Position numbers and translations under genes: made by a program. 64,000 bases of DNA from Myxococcota bacterium (GTDB lineage Bacteria > Myxococcota > XYA12-FULL-58-9 > JABJBS01). This document shows, in pieces, positions 43,058 to 52,952 of the stretch (positions within the stretch are counted from its first letter, which is position 1; each line of letters begins with the position of its first letter). The notes below the pieces were generated by a model. It saw nothing but the letters and a program-made list of their open reading frames with translations, did not search any database and was not told the origin of the DNA. The DNA lies in assembly GCA_036339465.1 (NCBI GenBank), contig JAYZAY010000078.1, positions 1-64,000 of the forward strand. The letters run 5' to 3'.

Positions 43058-44995
43058 TCAGCCAACCTTAGAAAATAGACGGTCATCTCTACCCTCTTCT
43101 AGCCCATGGAGTTCTTCCAAAATCTCCTCGCCTGTGGTCGCAATCATATTTTGCAGATATTCAGCCCTGGGGATACCCTTCTCTAAGAATCGCGCTAAGA
43201 GCTCCCTCCGCTCGGGAAACCGCTGAGCTTGCTCCCAAAGTAATTCGGCAACTGCCGCATCGGAGAGAAGCTGAGTAAAACGCTCAGCATGAAGCATAGC
43301 AAAAGAGAAATCTCTTTTCGGATCCCAATTCTTTAGTATATGCTCCGGCCACTCACGTAATTTATGGTCTGAGAGTGTCTTTAGTTTATCCCCAAACACC
43401 CGAGATAAAATAGTTTGTTCGGCCCCAAGCGCACATGACAATAATTTATTTACTTTCCGCTCCAGAGAATCTCTTGCTGAAACTGAACGCCACCGAACTT
43501 GAGCAATCTTCTGAACCAGCACTCGCGGTCGTTTTAGGTCTCCCAATAACGTATCTTTTGTCGCCATGAGTGCCTGAATTTGGCTTGTTCCCTCATAAAT
43601 AGGAAGCACCAAGGAATCACGAAGAAGCTTTTCAGCTCCAAATTCTGTGGTGTAACCAACCCCTCCATGAATCTGCATCGCCATACGAGACAATTCAACC
43701 GCTTTTTCTGCCCCCCGGTATTTGAGTAATGGCGTTAGTCTACGCGCCTTCCGAAGATGCCGACGATTTAGACGCTTGAGCTTCTCACGTTCGATATCGT
43801 CCTCAGCTATTCCTATTTTAAGATTAATCTCCGAACGCTGAGCCATCTCACTCTGAAATGCCGCTTCAACACCCAAAGCGCGAAGAACTTGTACCTCTGT
43901 CTTCATATCTCGAAGATAGTCGGCAATCATTTCATGTTTTTCTATGGGCTTGCCCATAGAATGTCGGCCCTCTGCGTAGGATTTGGCCATCCGATAAGCG
44001 GCCTCTGCCAAACCAATGCTCTCAAAACCAACTGCGACACGCGCATTATTCATGAGCGCGAGCATGTATCGAAAACCATCTCCTCGATTACCTATCAAAT
44101 GAGCGGGTGAACGGTCGAAAACCATCGCACAAGTCGCGGAGTTCTTGTGCCCCAGTTTCTCCTCGAGACGATCTACCTTAGCATATCGAACTCTACCCTC
44201 GGGAGTATCCTCATAGGTGGGCACCAAAAAGAACGAAAGTCCACCGAGCCCCGCCATCGGGTCAGACACCTCTTCGGGCTCGGGCTCTGTACGAGCAATC
44301 ACAAAATGATACTTGCCATGCCCGGAGGAAATAAATGATTTTTCTCCAGTAACAAACCAATTACCTTCTTCGTCTTGCTCTCCTTTGGAACGAAGAGCCC
44401 CCATGTCACTTCCCGCATTGGGTTCAGTTATATCCATCGCCCCCCATGTCCCATTGGTGACCATATCTTCGATCTCTTTTTGGAACCGACAACGAACCAT
44501 CGTTTGAGTCTCATGATCTATTTCGGTACTTCCCTCCATCGCCGAGAAAAGCAACATAGCCAGAGACATCCCTCCGTGAAAACTATGGTGCGTCATAATG
44601 GAAACGTCCGCCCTAGCGATTAGTTCCGCACCCAACATATAACAGAGCAATGGCGCATTCATGCCCCCAAACTCACGAGGCAGACACAAACCATGGAGCC
44701 CCATTTCGTGCATTTGTTCAAAAATCTTTGTCAGTTCGGGTGCCTCAACAACCTCTCCGTCCACGAGCTTCAGGTAATTTTTCTCGATAATCGGAATTTT
44801 TGGAGCGATTTCATCGGCCACAAAATTTCCCAACATGGAAAAGAAATCACGATAAAAATCCGTCGCCTCATCCGTATTTGAGAAACCATCTGGTAATTTA
44901 AAATTATTCTCAACTAAACTGACCAGTGATTCCCAATCAACGTATTTCTCGATATAGAACTTAAGATCTTCATTATCATCATAAAAATTAGCCAT
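43058..44995 (-). CDS. Acyl-CoA dehydrogenase
   Basis: MDITEPNAGSD, EEKLGH, MQIHGGVGY and IYEGTSQIQ motifs. Confidence 0.93.
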   Translation of the reverse strand: MANFYDDNEDLKFYIEKYVDWESLVSLVENNFKLPDGFSNTDEATDFYRDFFSMLGNFVADEIAPKIPIIEKNYLKLVDGEVVEAPELTKIFEQMHEMGLHGLCLPREFGGMNAPLLCYMLGAELIARADVSIMTHHSFHGGMSLAMLLFSAMEGSTEIDHETQTMVRCRFQKEIEDMVTNGTWGAMDITEPNAGSDMGALRSKGEQDEEGNWFVTGEKSFISSGHGKYHFVIARTEPEPEEVSDPMAGLGGLSFFLVPTYEDTPEGRVRYAKVDRLEEKLGHKNSATCAMVFDRSPAHLIGNRGDGFRYMLALMNNARVAVGFESIGLAEAAYRMAKSYAEGRHSMGKPIEKHEMIADYLRDMKTEVQVLRALGVEAAFQSEMAQRSEINLKIGIAEDDIEREKLKRLNRRHLRKARRLTPLLKYRGAEKAVELSRMAMQIHGGVGYTTEFGAEKLLRDSLVLPIYEGTSQIQALMATKDTLLGDLKRPRVLVQKIAQVRWRSVSARDSLERKVNKLLSCALGAEQTILSRVFGDKLKTLSDHKLREWPEHILKNWDPKRDFSFAMLHAERFTQLLSDAAVAELLWEQAQRFPERRELLARFLEKGIPRAEYLQNMIATTGEEILEELHGLEEGRDDRLFSKVG

Positions 44996-45007
44996 AACAT
45001 TCCTCAC

Positions 45008-45676
45008 TTAGGTTTCGTTCGTCTCACCGAATGCTAAAGGAGTTTCAACCCGAGGCAGAAACAACGCGGTACGTGCCATGCGCATAAACTCATTGGACAT
45101 TCTTTCGAACTTAACTGGGTTTTCCGTTTCACCAGAGGGTTCCAGTAAAAAAGCGGTGGTATCCGCAGCTGCAAATCCACATAAAAGATGAACGACATTA
45201 ACAATATATGCCTCTGGATCTAGGTCTGGACGTACACGCCCATTCTCCTGTCCTTGCCGAAGCACGTCACAAATTATTTTGACCCATTCCTGAGTGTGGG
45301 TCAAAATGAGCTTTCGCATATGCTCTGGACGGTCCAACATGTCCCTGACCAATAGTCGAGCTCGGTTCCGATCTTCCCTAAAAAAATCCATTCCTGCGTG
45401 AATAACCCATTCAAACCTATCCCGGCTTGTTTGGGCAGCCAAGAGAAGCTTTGGCAAACTCTCGTTCCACCGGCTTAGCAATTCGCTCAAAACAGCATCA
45501 TAGAGGGCTACTTTGGATGGGAAATGATATAGGAGAGACGCCTTACGTATTCCCACGGCATCCGCTATCCGCTGTAGTGAAGTACCCCCATAGCCACGCT
45601 CAGCAAATAAACGAGTCGCAGCCTTTAATAACTGCTCCCGCATGGCAATCTCAGGTTGGAGATCTAGTTCAGACAT
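45008..45676 (-). CDS. TetR/AcrR-family regulator
   Basis: AATRLFAERGYGGTSLQRIADAVGIRKASLLYHFPSK HTH. Confidence 0.93.
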   Translation of the reverse strand: MSELDLQPEIAMREQLLKAATRLFAERGYGGTSLQRIADAVGIRKASLLYHFPSKVALYDAVLSELLSRWNESLPKLLLAAQTSRDRFEWVIHAGMDFFREDRNRARLLVRDMLDRPEHMRKLILTHTQEWVKIICDVLRQGQENGRVRPDLDPEAYIVNVVHLLCGFAAADTTAFLLEPSGETENPVKFERMSNEFMRMARTALFLPRVETPLAFGETNET

Positions 45677-45697
45677 CCCGCGCGAACTACCATGAAA

Positions 45698-45723
45698 CTA
45701 CCAATCCGTCTACCGATTGGTAG
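45698..45723. promoter_or_regulatory. Probable TetR operator (inverted repeat)
   Basis: CTACCAATC-N8-GATTGGTAG with a nested CTACC-GATT-GGTAG palindrome, 21 nt upstream of the tetR start. Confidence 0.6.
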
Positions 45724-46081
45724 GGTGCTCTGGTACTATTTGCGGGCAACCGTTACAATAACCTAAGCGACTAGAATAACTGAAAAAGAAAATTCATAAG
45801 TCAATAAAACGCCCCCTTGGCCCAAACAAAACCGACCGACTCTCACCAAATTCGAGAAAAACAGAAATTCAGTAGGCCACCCAAATACCGTGCTTCCACA
45901 CCATGCTCACCGCCTTGAACAATCTGCCCCCCCCGTCAAACCAATCTCCATCTCCCCCATAAGATATAAGAGCGCCCAGATAACCCGGGGAGCCCCAAGC
46001 TACCAACAAGGTCGTGCCGAAACCCTGACTCTCACAATTATGGCGTTTGCTCTAAAAGCACCAAGACCATACTTAATGGGT

Positions 46082-46762
46082 TTAAACAGAGACCAAGCGA
46101 CGTCTTACCAACAAGAAAAGGAGGAGAGGCCAAGGTGACGACGCACATCCTCCCCCGTCATTTTGAGACGGCGCATTTTGAGACGGCGTATTTTGAGACG
46201 GCGCATTTTCCACAGAGGCCACTCCGATGTTCATAAGCTCACGAAAGCCGGTACCCGTTCCTTCACAACTCCAATCAGAGTCAACCCAGTCTGAAAACGT
46301 GTTGGTCCAATACCACCCGAACTCTGACCCAGAAACGAATACACGAGCAATCCCGATAGCCGTATATTCAGGGTCGAGCATATTCTCGTTGTGACCCAAA
46401 CTCGTTTGCCACTGCCGAAAAGTTTCTTTTGCGCCCTTGTTTCCTCCCGCTATATTCTCGGCCGCAACTGTCCATTTCCTATGGCCAAATGAATCGATCC
46501 GGTCAAAAGGGTCACGCCCCACACAATTTTCGCCAGCGCCATCACAAGGAGGCTCTTGATGACAAAAAAAGCCTTCCTTCCCCATCGCCTCACTCATATA
46601 GTGAGCAGCAGCACTCAGAGTGTGAGATGGCTTAAGACAAGGTGCACCCGCAGCCTCACGATAGGCATTTATTTGTGCTAGAAATAACAGTTCTTCGTCG
46701 TCAAGTTCTAAATCGAAGGTTTCTGCACCCATCGCCAACATTAAAACAAAGGTCCAGCTCAT
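46082..46762 (-). CDS. CAP/SCP-domain protein with MYXO-CTERM-like anchor
   Basis: INAYR, FFCH, ENIAGG, W..S.GH..NML and YWT motifs; tail GGGCASS-hydrophobic-RRR. Confidence 0.9.
   Translation of the reverse strand: MSWTFVLMLAMGAETFDLELDDEELLFLAQINAYREAAGAPCLKPSHTLSAAAHYMSEAMGKEGFFCHQEPPCDGAGENCVGRDPFDRIDSFGHRKWTVAAENIAGGNKGAKETFRQWQTSLGHNENMLDPEYTAIGIARVFVSGSEFGWYWTNTFSDWVDSDWSCEGTGTGFRELMNIGVASVENAPSQNTPSQNAPSQNDGGGCASSPWPLLLFLLVRRRLVSV
46163..46207. repeat. 15-nt tandem repeat x3 (NAPSQ/NTPSQ linker)
   Basis: TTGAGACGGCGYATT x3. Confidence 0.95.
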
Positions 46763-46850
46763 CCGGTAATCTCACTTCCTTTTCAAAGAAGAGGCATCCC
46801 ATTTCTCAAGCCCCTTGACAAGACACAACAAATACAAGCCTTATGCGCCT

Positions 46851-47348
46851 GTGAAAGAAAAGCACATACAAATTCGAATTGAACAATGTCTCGCGCTCGC
46901 CAAAGCCTCAAACTGCCCACGACGCACCTTTGGGGCGCTCCTATTGGAGCCGGACCGCAATGTTGTGCTTATGGACGGATACAACGGCGGCCCCCGTGGC
47001 GGCGGAAAACTTTGCGGTGGTGAGATTTGTTTGAGGGAATCCATGAATGTTCAATCCGGGACTCGAATGGAAATTGGCTGCCACCATGCGGAAATGAATG
47101 TAATTTGTAATGCCGCCGCCAATGGAGTGTCTACACGTAACGCGTGGCTGATCGTTACCGGAGAACCCTGCACCCTCTGCTCGAAATTGATTCATCATGC
47201 GGGAATTAGCAGAGTACTGGTCGTAGAAGGTGGTTATGCCGGAGAAAATGGTTGTGACTATCTAATGACTCACGGTGTTGAAGTGGTTCGGCTAGAAGGC
47301 CCCCAAGACCCAAGACTCAGCGCCTGCGCCCAAGACGAAAGAACATAG
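46851..47348 (+). CDS. dCMP deaminase family protein
   Basis: SNC.RR..GA, GYNG, HAEMN and PCTLC motifs. GTG start; alternative TTG at 46815. Confidence 0.9.
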   Translation: MKEKHIQIRIEQCLALAKASNCPRRTFGALLLEPDRNVVLMDGYNGGPRGGGKLCGGEICLRESMNVQSGTRMEIGCHHAEMNVICNAAANGVSTRNAWLIVTGEPCTLCSKLIHHAGISRVLVVEGGYAGENGCDYLMTHGVEVVRLEGPQDPRLSACAQDERT

Positions 47349-47713
47349 AAAACAGACACAAGGGTCGGTCTACTCTCTTACAAAACACCCGAAACAAAAT
47401 TTCCCATGCCTCCACCATGGGGTGGTCGTACGGATACTTGGTGGCCCGGATCCCACTTCATTGAGTTGGGTGCCACCCCAAATTTACCACAAAGCTTAAT
47501 GAGGATGGTCACTTCGTCGTCAAATGTAATCATCACAAGGCCCCCACACTCCCACCCAAAGCAAAAGAAATGGCTGCACTATGGCTCCGGCACCACGCAT
47601 TTGCCTTCCAAAGCCCCTACCAAGAAGCATTTCGAACCTCCCAAGCTATTGCACCTACGAACACTAATGGTGTAAGCGCCAGTCACCCGAAACAACACGG
47701 GAGACTTTGGAAA

Positions 47714-48712
47714 ATGGGAACAAACGATATTAAACATGACTGGAGCCTCAAGGAAGTCGAGGAGATCTATCAGTTGCCGTTAATGGAACTGGTGCATCGC
47801 GCGTCCGATCTCCAGAGACGCTACCACAAGGCGTTAGACATTCAAAAGTGCACCCTTCTTTCAATTAAAACTGGTGGCTGCCCAGAAGATTGTGGCTACT
47901 GCTCACAAAGTGCGCATCACGACGCAGCCCTAAAACGCTCAAAGCTTATGAGCGTTGAAACCGTCAGAGAAACCGCAAAAAAAGCCAAGAAAGCCGGAGC
48001 CACAAGATTGTGCATGGGAGCGGCATGGCGCCAAGCAAAGGATGGCACTGCCTTTGACCGTGTTCTCGAGATGATCCAAGCCGTAAATAATGAAGGCCTT
48101 GAATCATGTGTCACCTTGGGAATGCTAACCGCAGGTCAAGCAAAACGGCTAAAAAATGTCGGCTTAACGACCTACAATCACAATATCGACACCTCACGGG
48201 AATATTACCCATCAGTCATCACCACACGAACTTTCGACCAGCGTCTTCAAACACTGAAACATGTTAGAGATGCCGGCTTGGGAATGTGTACGGGCGGAAT
48301 CATCGGCTTAGGAGAAAAAGTAGAAGACCGGTATGGAATGTTACACACTCTGGCAACCCTGAAACCACATCCTGATTCGCTTCCAGTAAACCTACTGGTC
48401 CCGGTTCAGGGTACACCGCTGGAAAACAGGGAGCCTGTCGATCCCTTAGAACTGGTCCGTACTATAGCCACCGCGCGGATTCTGTGTCCCAAGGCCCGAG
48501 TTCGTCTCTCTGCGGGTCGAAAATCACTCACCCGAGAAGCACAAACATTGTGCTTCCTCGCCGGAGCAAATTCCATTTTCTTTGGTGAGCAACTTCTTAC
48601 GACGCCCAACAACCCCGAAGACTCGGATACGGAACTCTTTTCCGCCTTGGGAATATCAAGCAATGTCGTTAACACAGAAACAGTACCTTCAAAAACTACA
48701 CACAGCGCTTGA
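47714..48712 (+). CDS. bioB: Biotin synthase
   Basis: [25 protein letters not shown] and AGANSIF motifs. Confidence 0.96.
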   Translation: MGTNDIKHDWSLKEVEEIYQLPLMELVHRASDLQRRYHKALDIQKCTLLSIKTGGCPEDCGYCSQSAHHDAALKRSKLMSVETVRETAKKAKKAGATRLCMGAAWRQAKDGTAFDRVLEMIQAVNNEGLESCVTLGMLTAGQAKRLKNVGLTTYNHNIDTSREYYPSVITTRTFDQRLQTLKHVRDAGLGMCTGGIIGLGEKVEDRYGMLHTLATLKPHPDSLPVNLLVPVQGTPLENREPVDPLELVRTIATARILCPKARVRLSAGRKSLTREAQTLCFLAGANSIFFGEQLLTTPNNPEDSDTELFSALGISSNVVNTETVPSKTTHSA

Positions 48713-49802
48713 AAAACGCCGAGAAGACCTCCTCTTTCGAGAGCTCGTCTCTTCTCCCGGCATTGACTTCGCGTCCAACGATTATCTAGGTCTTAGCCAA
48801 TCCACCGAGCTAGCGACCAAAATTATTTCACATATTCAATCGCACGGGCTGGGAGCGGGAGCATCTCGCCTTCTGAATGGACACCACGAACTTCACGCAA
48901 AAACAGAACACCACCTTGCCTGTTTTTGCGAACGACAAGATTCACTTCTTTTCTCATCGGGATTTGCTCTCAACACCGGCATTCTTGCCGCAATTATTCC
49001 AGACAACGCTGTTGTTTTCTCCGACGAATTAAATCATGCAAGCCTGATAGACGGTTTACGACTGACAAAAGCAAAACGCTGTATATTCAACCATCATGAT
49101 TTTAGTCATCTAGAAATGCTATTAGAAAGCCACGCCAACTTCGATACCAAATTCATCGTCACAGAGTCACTCTTTTCCATGGACGGAGACCTCACAGACC
49201 TCGAAACACTCTGTGATATAGCAACCCATCACAACGCCATGGTAATCATAGACGAGGCGCATGCCACTGGCATATATGGGCCTAACGGTAGCGGCCGCAT
49301 CGAAGAACTCGGCCTACAAGAAAAAGTTTTATGCTCTATGCACACTGGTGGTAAAGCCCTTGGCGTATCAGGAGCCTGGCTTGCATGTAACAAGACCCTC
49401 AAACAACATTTGGTTAACCACTGTCGAAGTTTTATCTACTCAACCGCCACGCCCGTACCAGTTACCGCTGGCCTCTTAGAGGCCACCCAAATCGTCAAAG
49501 AAAAAACCGAACTCAGAACTCAACTCAAGGCAAATATTAAGGATCTCTCCTCCCGCATTAATACGTGGTTACCACAACAAACCCCCACCCAGATACTTCC
49601 GTTGGTCGTCGGTGAAGCGGATAAATCCTTAAAACTCGCAGAATACCTCCAGAATGCCCAATTGGCAGTCAAAGCAGTTCGCCCACCCACCGTTGCTAAC
49701 ATGACTTCTCGTTTAAGATTGACCGTTAAGGCCACCCACACCAAAAGCCAGATTGAAAAATTGAGTCGTCTCATTCACAATTTCTTGGGAGAACCACAAT
49801 GA
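48663..49802 (+). CDS. bioF: 8-amino-7-oxononanoate synthase
   Basis: [32 protein letters not shown] and RPPTV motifs. Confidence 0.95.
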   Translation: MSLTQKQYLQKLHTALEKRREDLLFRELVSSPGIDFASNDYLGLSQSTELATKIISHIQSHGLGAGASRLLNGHHELHAKTEHHLACFCERQDSLLFSSGFALNTGILAAIIPDNAVVFSDELNHASLIDGLRLTKAKRCIFNHHDFSHLEMLLESHANFDTKFIVTESLFSMDGDLTDLETLCDIATHHNAMVIIDEAHATGIYGPNGSGRIEELGLQEKVLCSMHTGGKALGVSGAWLACNKTLKQHLVNHCRSFIYSTATPVPVTAGLLEATQIVKEKTELRTQLKANIKDLSSRINTWLPQQTPTQILPLVVGEADKSLKLAEYLQNAQLAVKAVRPPTVANMTSRLRLTVKATHTKSQIEKLSRLIHNFLGEPQ

Positions 49803-50452
49803 GGGGAGTCTTCATCACAGGAACCGATACAAGTATTGGCAAAACTGTCATCAGCGCCTCAATAGTTCAGGCATTCAGCCCCAATTCATCCTACTGGAAG
49901 CCAATCCAAACAGGATGGCCCGACGATGACGACTTAGACTTTATTAGAACCATGACTGCCCTTGATCCCAGCCGGTGCATCCCAAACACTTATCGGCTAA
50001 AAGAGCCTGCCTCACCTCACTATGCAGCGAGACAAGAAGGCACTGATATATCCATAGAAAATGTTCTTAACGCACAAACATCACTCCCCAAGGACTCGTT
50101 TTACATCATAGAAGGTGCCGGCGGCTTATTGGTCCCACTAAACGAAAAAGAACTAATGGTCGACCTCATGGCTCGACTTAAACTTCCCGTGGTTTTGGTG
50201 AGTTCAACAGGATTAGGAACCATTAATCACACACTTCTCAGTTTGTTTTATCTCGAAAAGCGAAGCATTCCCACCTTGGGAATCATCACGATTGGCCCTC
50301 CCGACCCATCCATGCTCAGTGCACTGGCTGAACACTCCACAGTACCCATTCTTGCAGAAATCCCACAAGTCACTCACGTCAACCAAAAAGAGATACTCTC
50401 ATTTGCCAAAAACCTACAAGCTTCAAAACTCGCGGAAATGATACCCCAATGA
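49799..50452 (+). CDS. bioD: Dethiobiotin synthase
   Basis: TGTDTSIGKT, KPIQTG, EGAGG and LGTINHT motifs. Confidence 0.95.
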   Translation: MRGVFITGTDTSIGKTVISASIVQAFSPNSSYWKPIQTGWPDDDDLDFIRTMTALDPSRCIPNTYRLKEPASPHYAARQEGTDISIENVLNAQTSLPKDSFYIIEGAGGLLVPLNEKELMVDLMARLKLPVVLVSSTGLGTINHTLLSLFYLEKRSIPTLGIITIGPPDPSMLSALAEHSTVPILAEIPQVTHVNQKEILSFAKNLQASKLAEMIPQ

Positions 50453-51741
50453 CACCAAGCTCACTCCAACTAGAGGACCGAAAATTCACATGGCATCCCT
50501 TCACCCAGCAACATCAAGCTCCAATTCCAATCCCTGTGGTGAGAGCGAACGGCAGTTACCTACAAACTGAAGATGGCCACCAAATATTAGACTGCATTTC
50601 CAGCTGGTGGACGAATATCCACGGACATGGAAACCCAAAGATCGTTCAAGCCATCGCCGACCAAGCTGCGACTCTAGACCATGTCCTCTTCGCAGGCTGC
50701 ACTCATCCTAAAGCAGTTGAGGTCGCAAAACGCTTACAACAAGTCAGTCCACCTGGAATAGAAAGAACTTTCTTTTCCGACAATGGGTCAACCGCAGTAG
50801 AAGTAGCACTAAAAATGGCCTATCAATACTGGCGCAATAAGGGGCTACCTGCCAAGAAAAAATTTATCGCCTTCGATGGTGCGTATCACGGAGATACCAT
50901 AGGGGCGATGTCCGCCGGTGATCCAAAAGAATTTGGAGTCACCTTTCAGTCGTTGCTTATCCCAATCGAAAGACTGCCTCTACCCAAATGGAAACAAGAA
51001 AATTTCGAAACGATTATTTCACAACTAAGAGAATTACTAACCGAAAAAAATCAACACTATGCGGGAATCATCATAGAACCGATGGTGCAAGGTGCGGGAG
51101 GAATGAAAATTTATTCCAGCGCTTTCTTAGGGGAGCTTCGGCACATCTGCGACCAGTTCAATGTCCTACTGATTGCAGATGAAGTCATGACCGGCTTTGG
51201 TAGAACCGGAAAACTATTCGCCATGGAACACGCCGAAATCACACCCGATATTATGTGTATTGCCAAAGGGTTAACCGGGGGAGTACTTCCTTTAGCCGCT
51301 ACTTTAACGACTTCAGACATATATGAAGCATTCCTAGACGAATCCATCGAAAAGGCATTCCTACATGGGCATTCCTTCACGGCAAATCCCATTGCGTGTG
51401 CTGCGGCGGTTGCAAGCTTAGACATTTTCTCTGAGCCCGAAACTTTAGCCCAGAGTCTCACTATTGAAAATTATTATGCCCATCGGCTTCCCACTCTCAA
51501 CAGGCATTCGACCGTCAAAGAAACTCGCTGGTTGGGTTCCATTGGGGTTGTTGAGTTGAATTGCGGAACCACCAGCTACTTCAATCAAATCGGTCAACAA
51601 ATTCGCGAATATTTTTTCAAACGTGGCTTTCTCGCCAGGCCTCTTGGAAATGTATTTTACACCTTGCCCCCGCTCTCAACCTCCATTGAAGAAATCGAAA
51701 GTATTTATGATACCCTCGAAGAATTCCTCGAAACACTGTAA
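50449..51741 (+). CDS. bioA: Adenosylmethionine-8-amino-7-oxononanoate aminotransferase
   Basis: WHPFTQ, SWWTNIHGH, DNGSTAVEVALKMA and DEVMTGFGRTG motifs. Confidence 0.96.
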   Translation: MTPSSLQLEDRKFTWHPFTQQHQAPIPIPVVRANGSYLQTEDGHQILDCISSWWTNIHGHGNPKIVQAIADQAATLDHVLFAGCTHPKAVEVAKRLQQVSPPGIERTFFSDNGSTAVEVALKMAYQYWRNKGLPAKKKFIAFDGAYHGDTIGAMSAGDPKEFGVTFQSLLIPIERLPLPKWKQENFETIISQLRELLTEKNQHYAGIIIEPMVQGAGGMKIYSSAFLGELRHICDQFNVLLIADEVMTGFGRTGKLFAMEHAEITPDIMCIAKGLTGGVLPLAATLTTSDIYEAFLDESIEKAFLHGHSFTANPIACAAAVASLDIFSEPETLAQSLTIENYYAHRLPTLNRHSTVKETRWLGSIGVVELNCGTTSYFNQIGQQIREYFFKRGFLARPLGNVFYTLPPLSTSIEEIESIYDTLEEFLETL

Positions 51742-51851
51742 AGGGGTATCACCACCAGACGCCAGTTTGGTTTATATATCTAAGGCCAATTTATTGAACT
51801 GGTCTTGACATCGGTCCCAATTAGTCATACCGAATTGTCGGAGGAGCGATC

Positions 51852-52712
51852 ATGACCATTAATAGCCAAACAACCAGTGATTTGACCCCTACGAGCAAAA
51901 AAGACAACGGCAGTTTAAACAATGGCAAAAGCCCCCGAGCTTCCGATCGAGTTGCCAACCGACTGCGAAAAGACATTTTAAGTCGCCAATTACCCGTGGG
52001 TTGTAGATTACTACCGGAACGTAAATTGGCGGAAGTTCTTGGTGTATCCCGAGTAACCGTTCGCTCAGCAATCGCAACCCTACAATCGGAACAACTCCTC
52101 GAAGTGAAGCGGGGCTCTGGAATTACGGTCTTAGATTATCGAGAAAGCGCCAGTGTGGACCTCTTCTCGTGGCTCATCGCCAGCGACACATTGCCCGCTG
52201 AGGAACAATTCGAAGTCTTTTGCCAAGTTGTCCGGGTGCGTCAAACCCTTGCCATTCCAACCCTATTCGAGGCCATCACCAAAGCTTCCCCAGAGGACCG
52301 CAAGTCAATTGAATCGTTGATTAAACAACAGGAAAAAAACCTTGACGACGGCGCAAGATATATAGACCTAGACCTAGAAATTGGCCAACATATCGCCAGA
52401 ATAGCTGACAATCTCGTAGTTGAATTACTGCACAACAGCCTTAGAAGAGCGATGGCCTCCCGCGAGAAATTAATCCTCGCTTTTCTCGGCCCCCTAGAAG
52501 CGCACTGTCGGTATTATCAGTTTATCCTTCAAGCCTTCGAACTCGGTGTTCAGCTCGCAAGCAACAAAGCGATGCGAGAACAATTAGTTGAAACCATTCA
52601 ATTTTTCGAAGCAGAGGGCCTAAAGCGTGCCAAGACCTTCTTCGACTCTACCGGTCCTTCACTCGACCCCGGCCCCACGGAAGGACCAGGACTGGTCCAT
52701 CCTAGAGGCTAA
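51852..52712 (+). CDS. GntR/FadR-family regulator
   Basis: PERKLAEVLGVSRVTVRSAI wHTH and an FCD-like C-terminus. RBS GGAGGAG; TTGACA at 51805. Confidence 0.9.
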   Translation: MTINSQTTSDLTPTSKKDNGSLNNGKSPRASDRVANRLRKDILSRQLPVGCRLLPERKLAEVLGVSRVTVRSAIATLQSEQLLEVKRGSGITVLDYRESASVDLFSWLIASDTLPAEEQFEVFCQVVRVRQTLAIPTLFEAITKASPEDRKSIESLIKQQEKNLDDGARYIDLDLEIGQHIARIADNLVVELLHNSLRRAMASREKLILAFLGPLEAHCRYYQFILQAFELGVQLASNKAMREQLVETIQFFEAEGLKRAKTFFDSTGPSLDPGPTEGPGLVHPRG

Positions 52713-52952
52713 ATTTACAGAATGCCCCCACCTAAATTTAGTTTAAAGAAGCTAGCCCTCGCAGTATAAAGCGGTGTCGTGGGTATGTGCGTTTTGTGCC
52801 ACAAATCACAGAAAATGGGTTGCAGGAACCTGGCCCGATAAGTATATCGTCCAATCAACCGGGGTGGGAGCGACAAACATTGGTTGGTCCAAATAATCAG
52901 TGAGGAGAGCTTCCCAGGAATACTCAACGACCAACGCGTTTAGGTGATGTTC

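Noticed and set aside
47570..47713. N-terminal extension of BioB in the ORF track (likewise the long starts at 6638, 16061, 41734, 48582 and 57982)
   Set aside because: Homology, signal peptides or RBS positions indicate the downstream starts.
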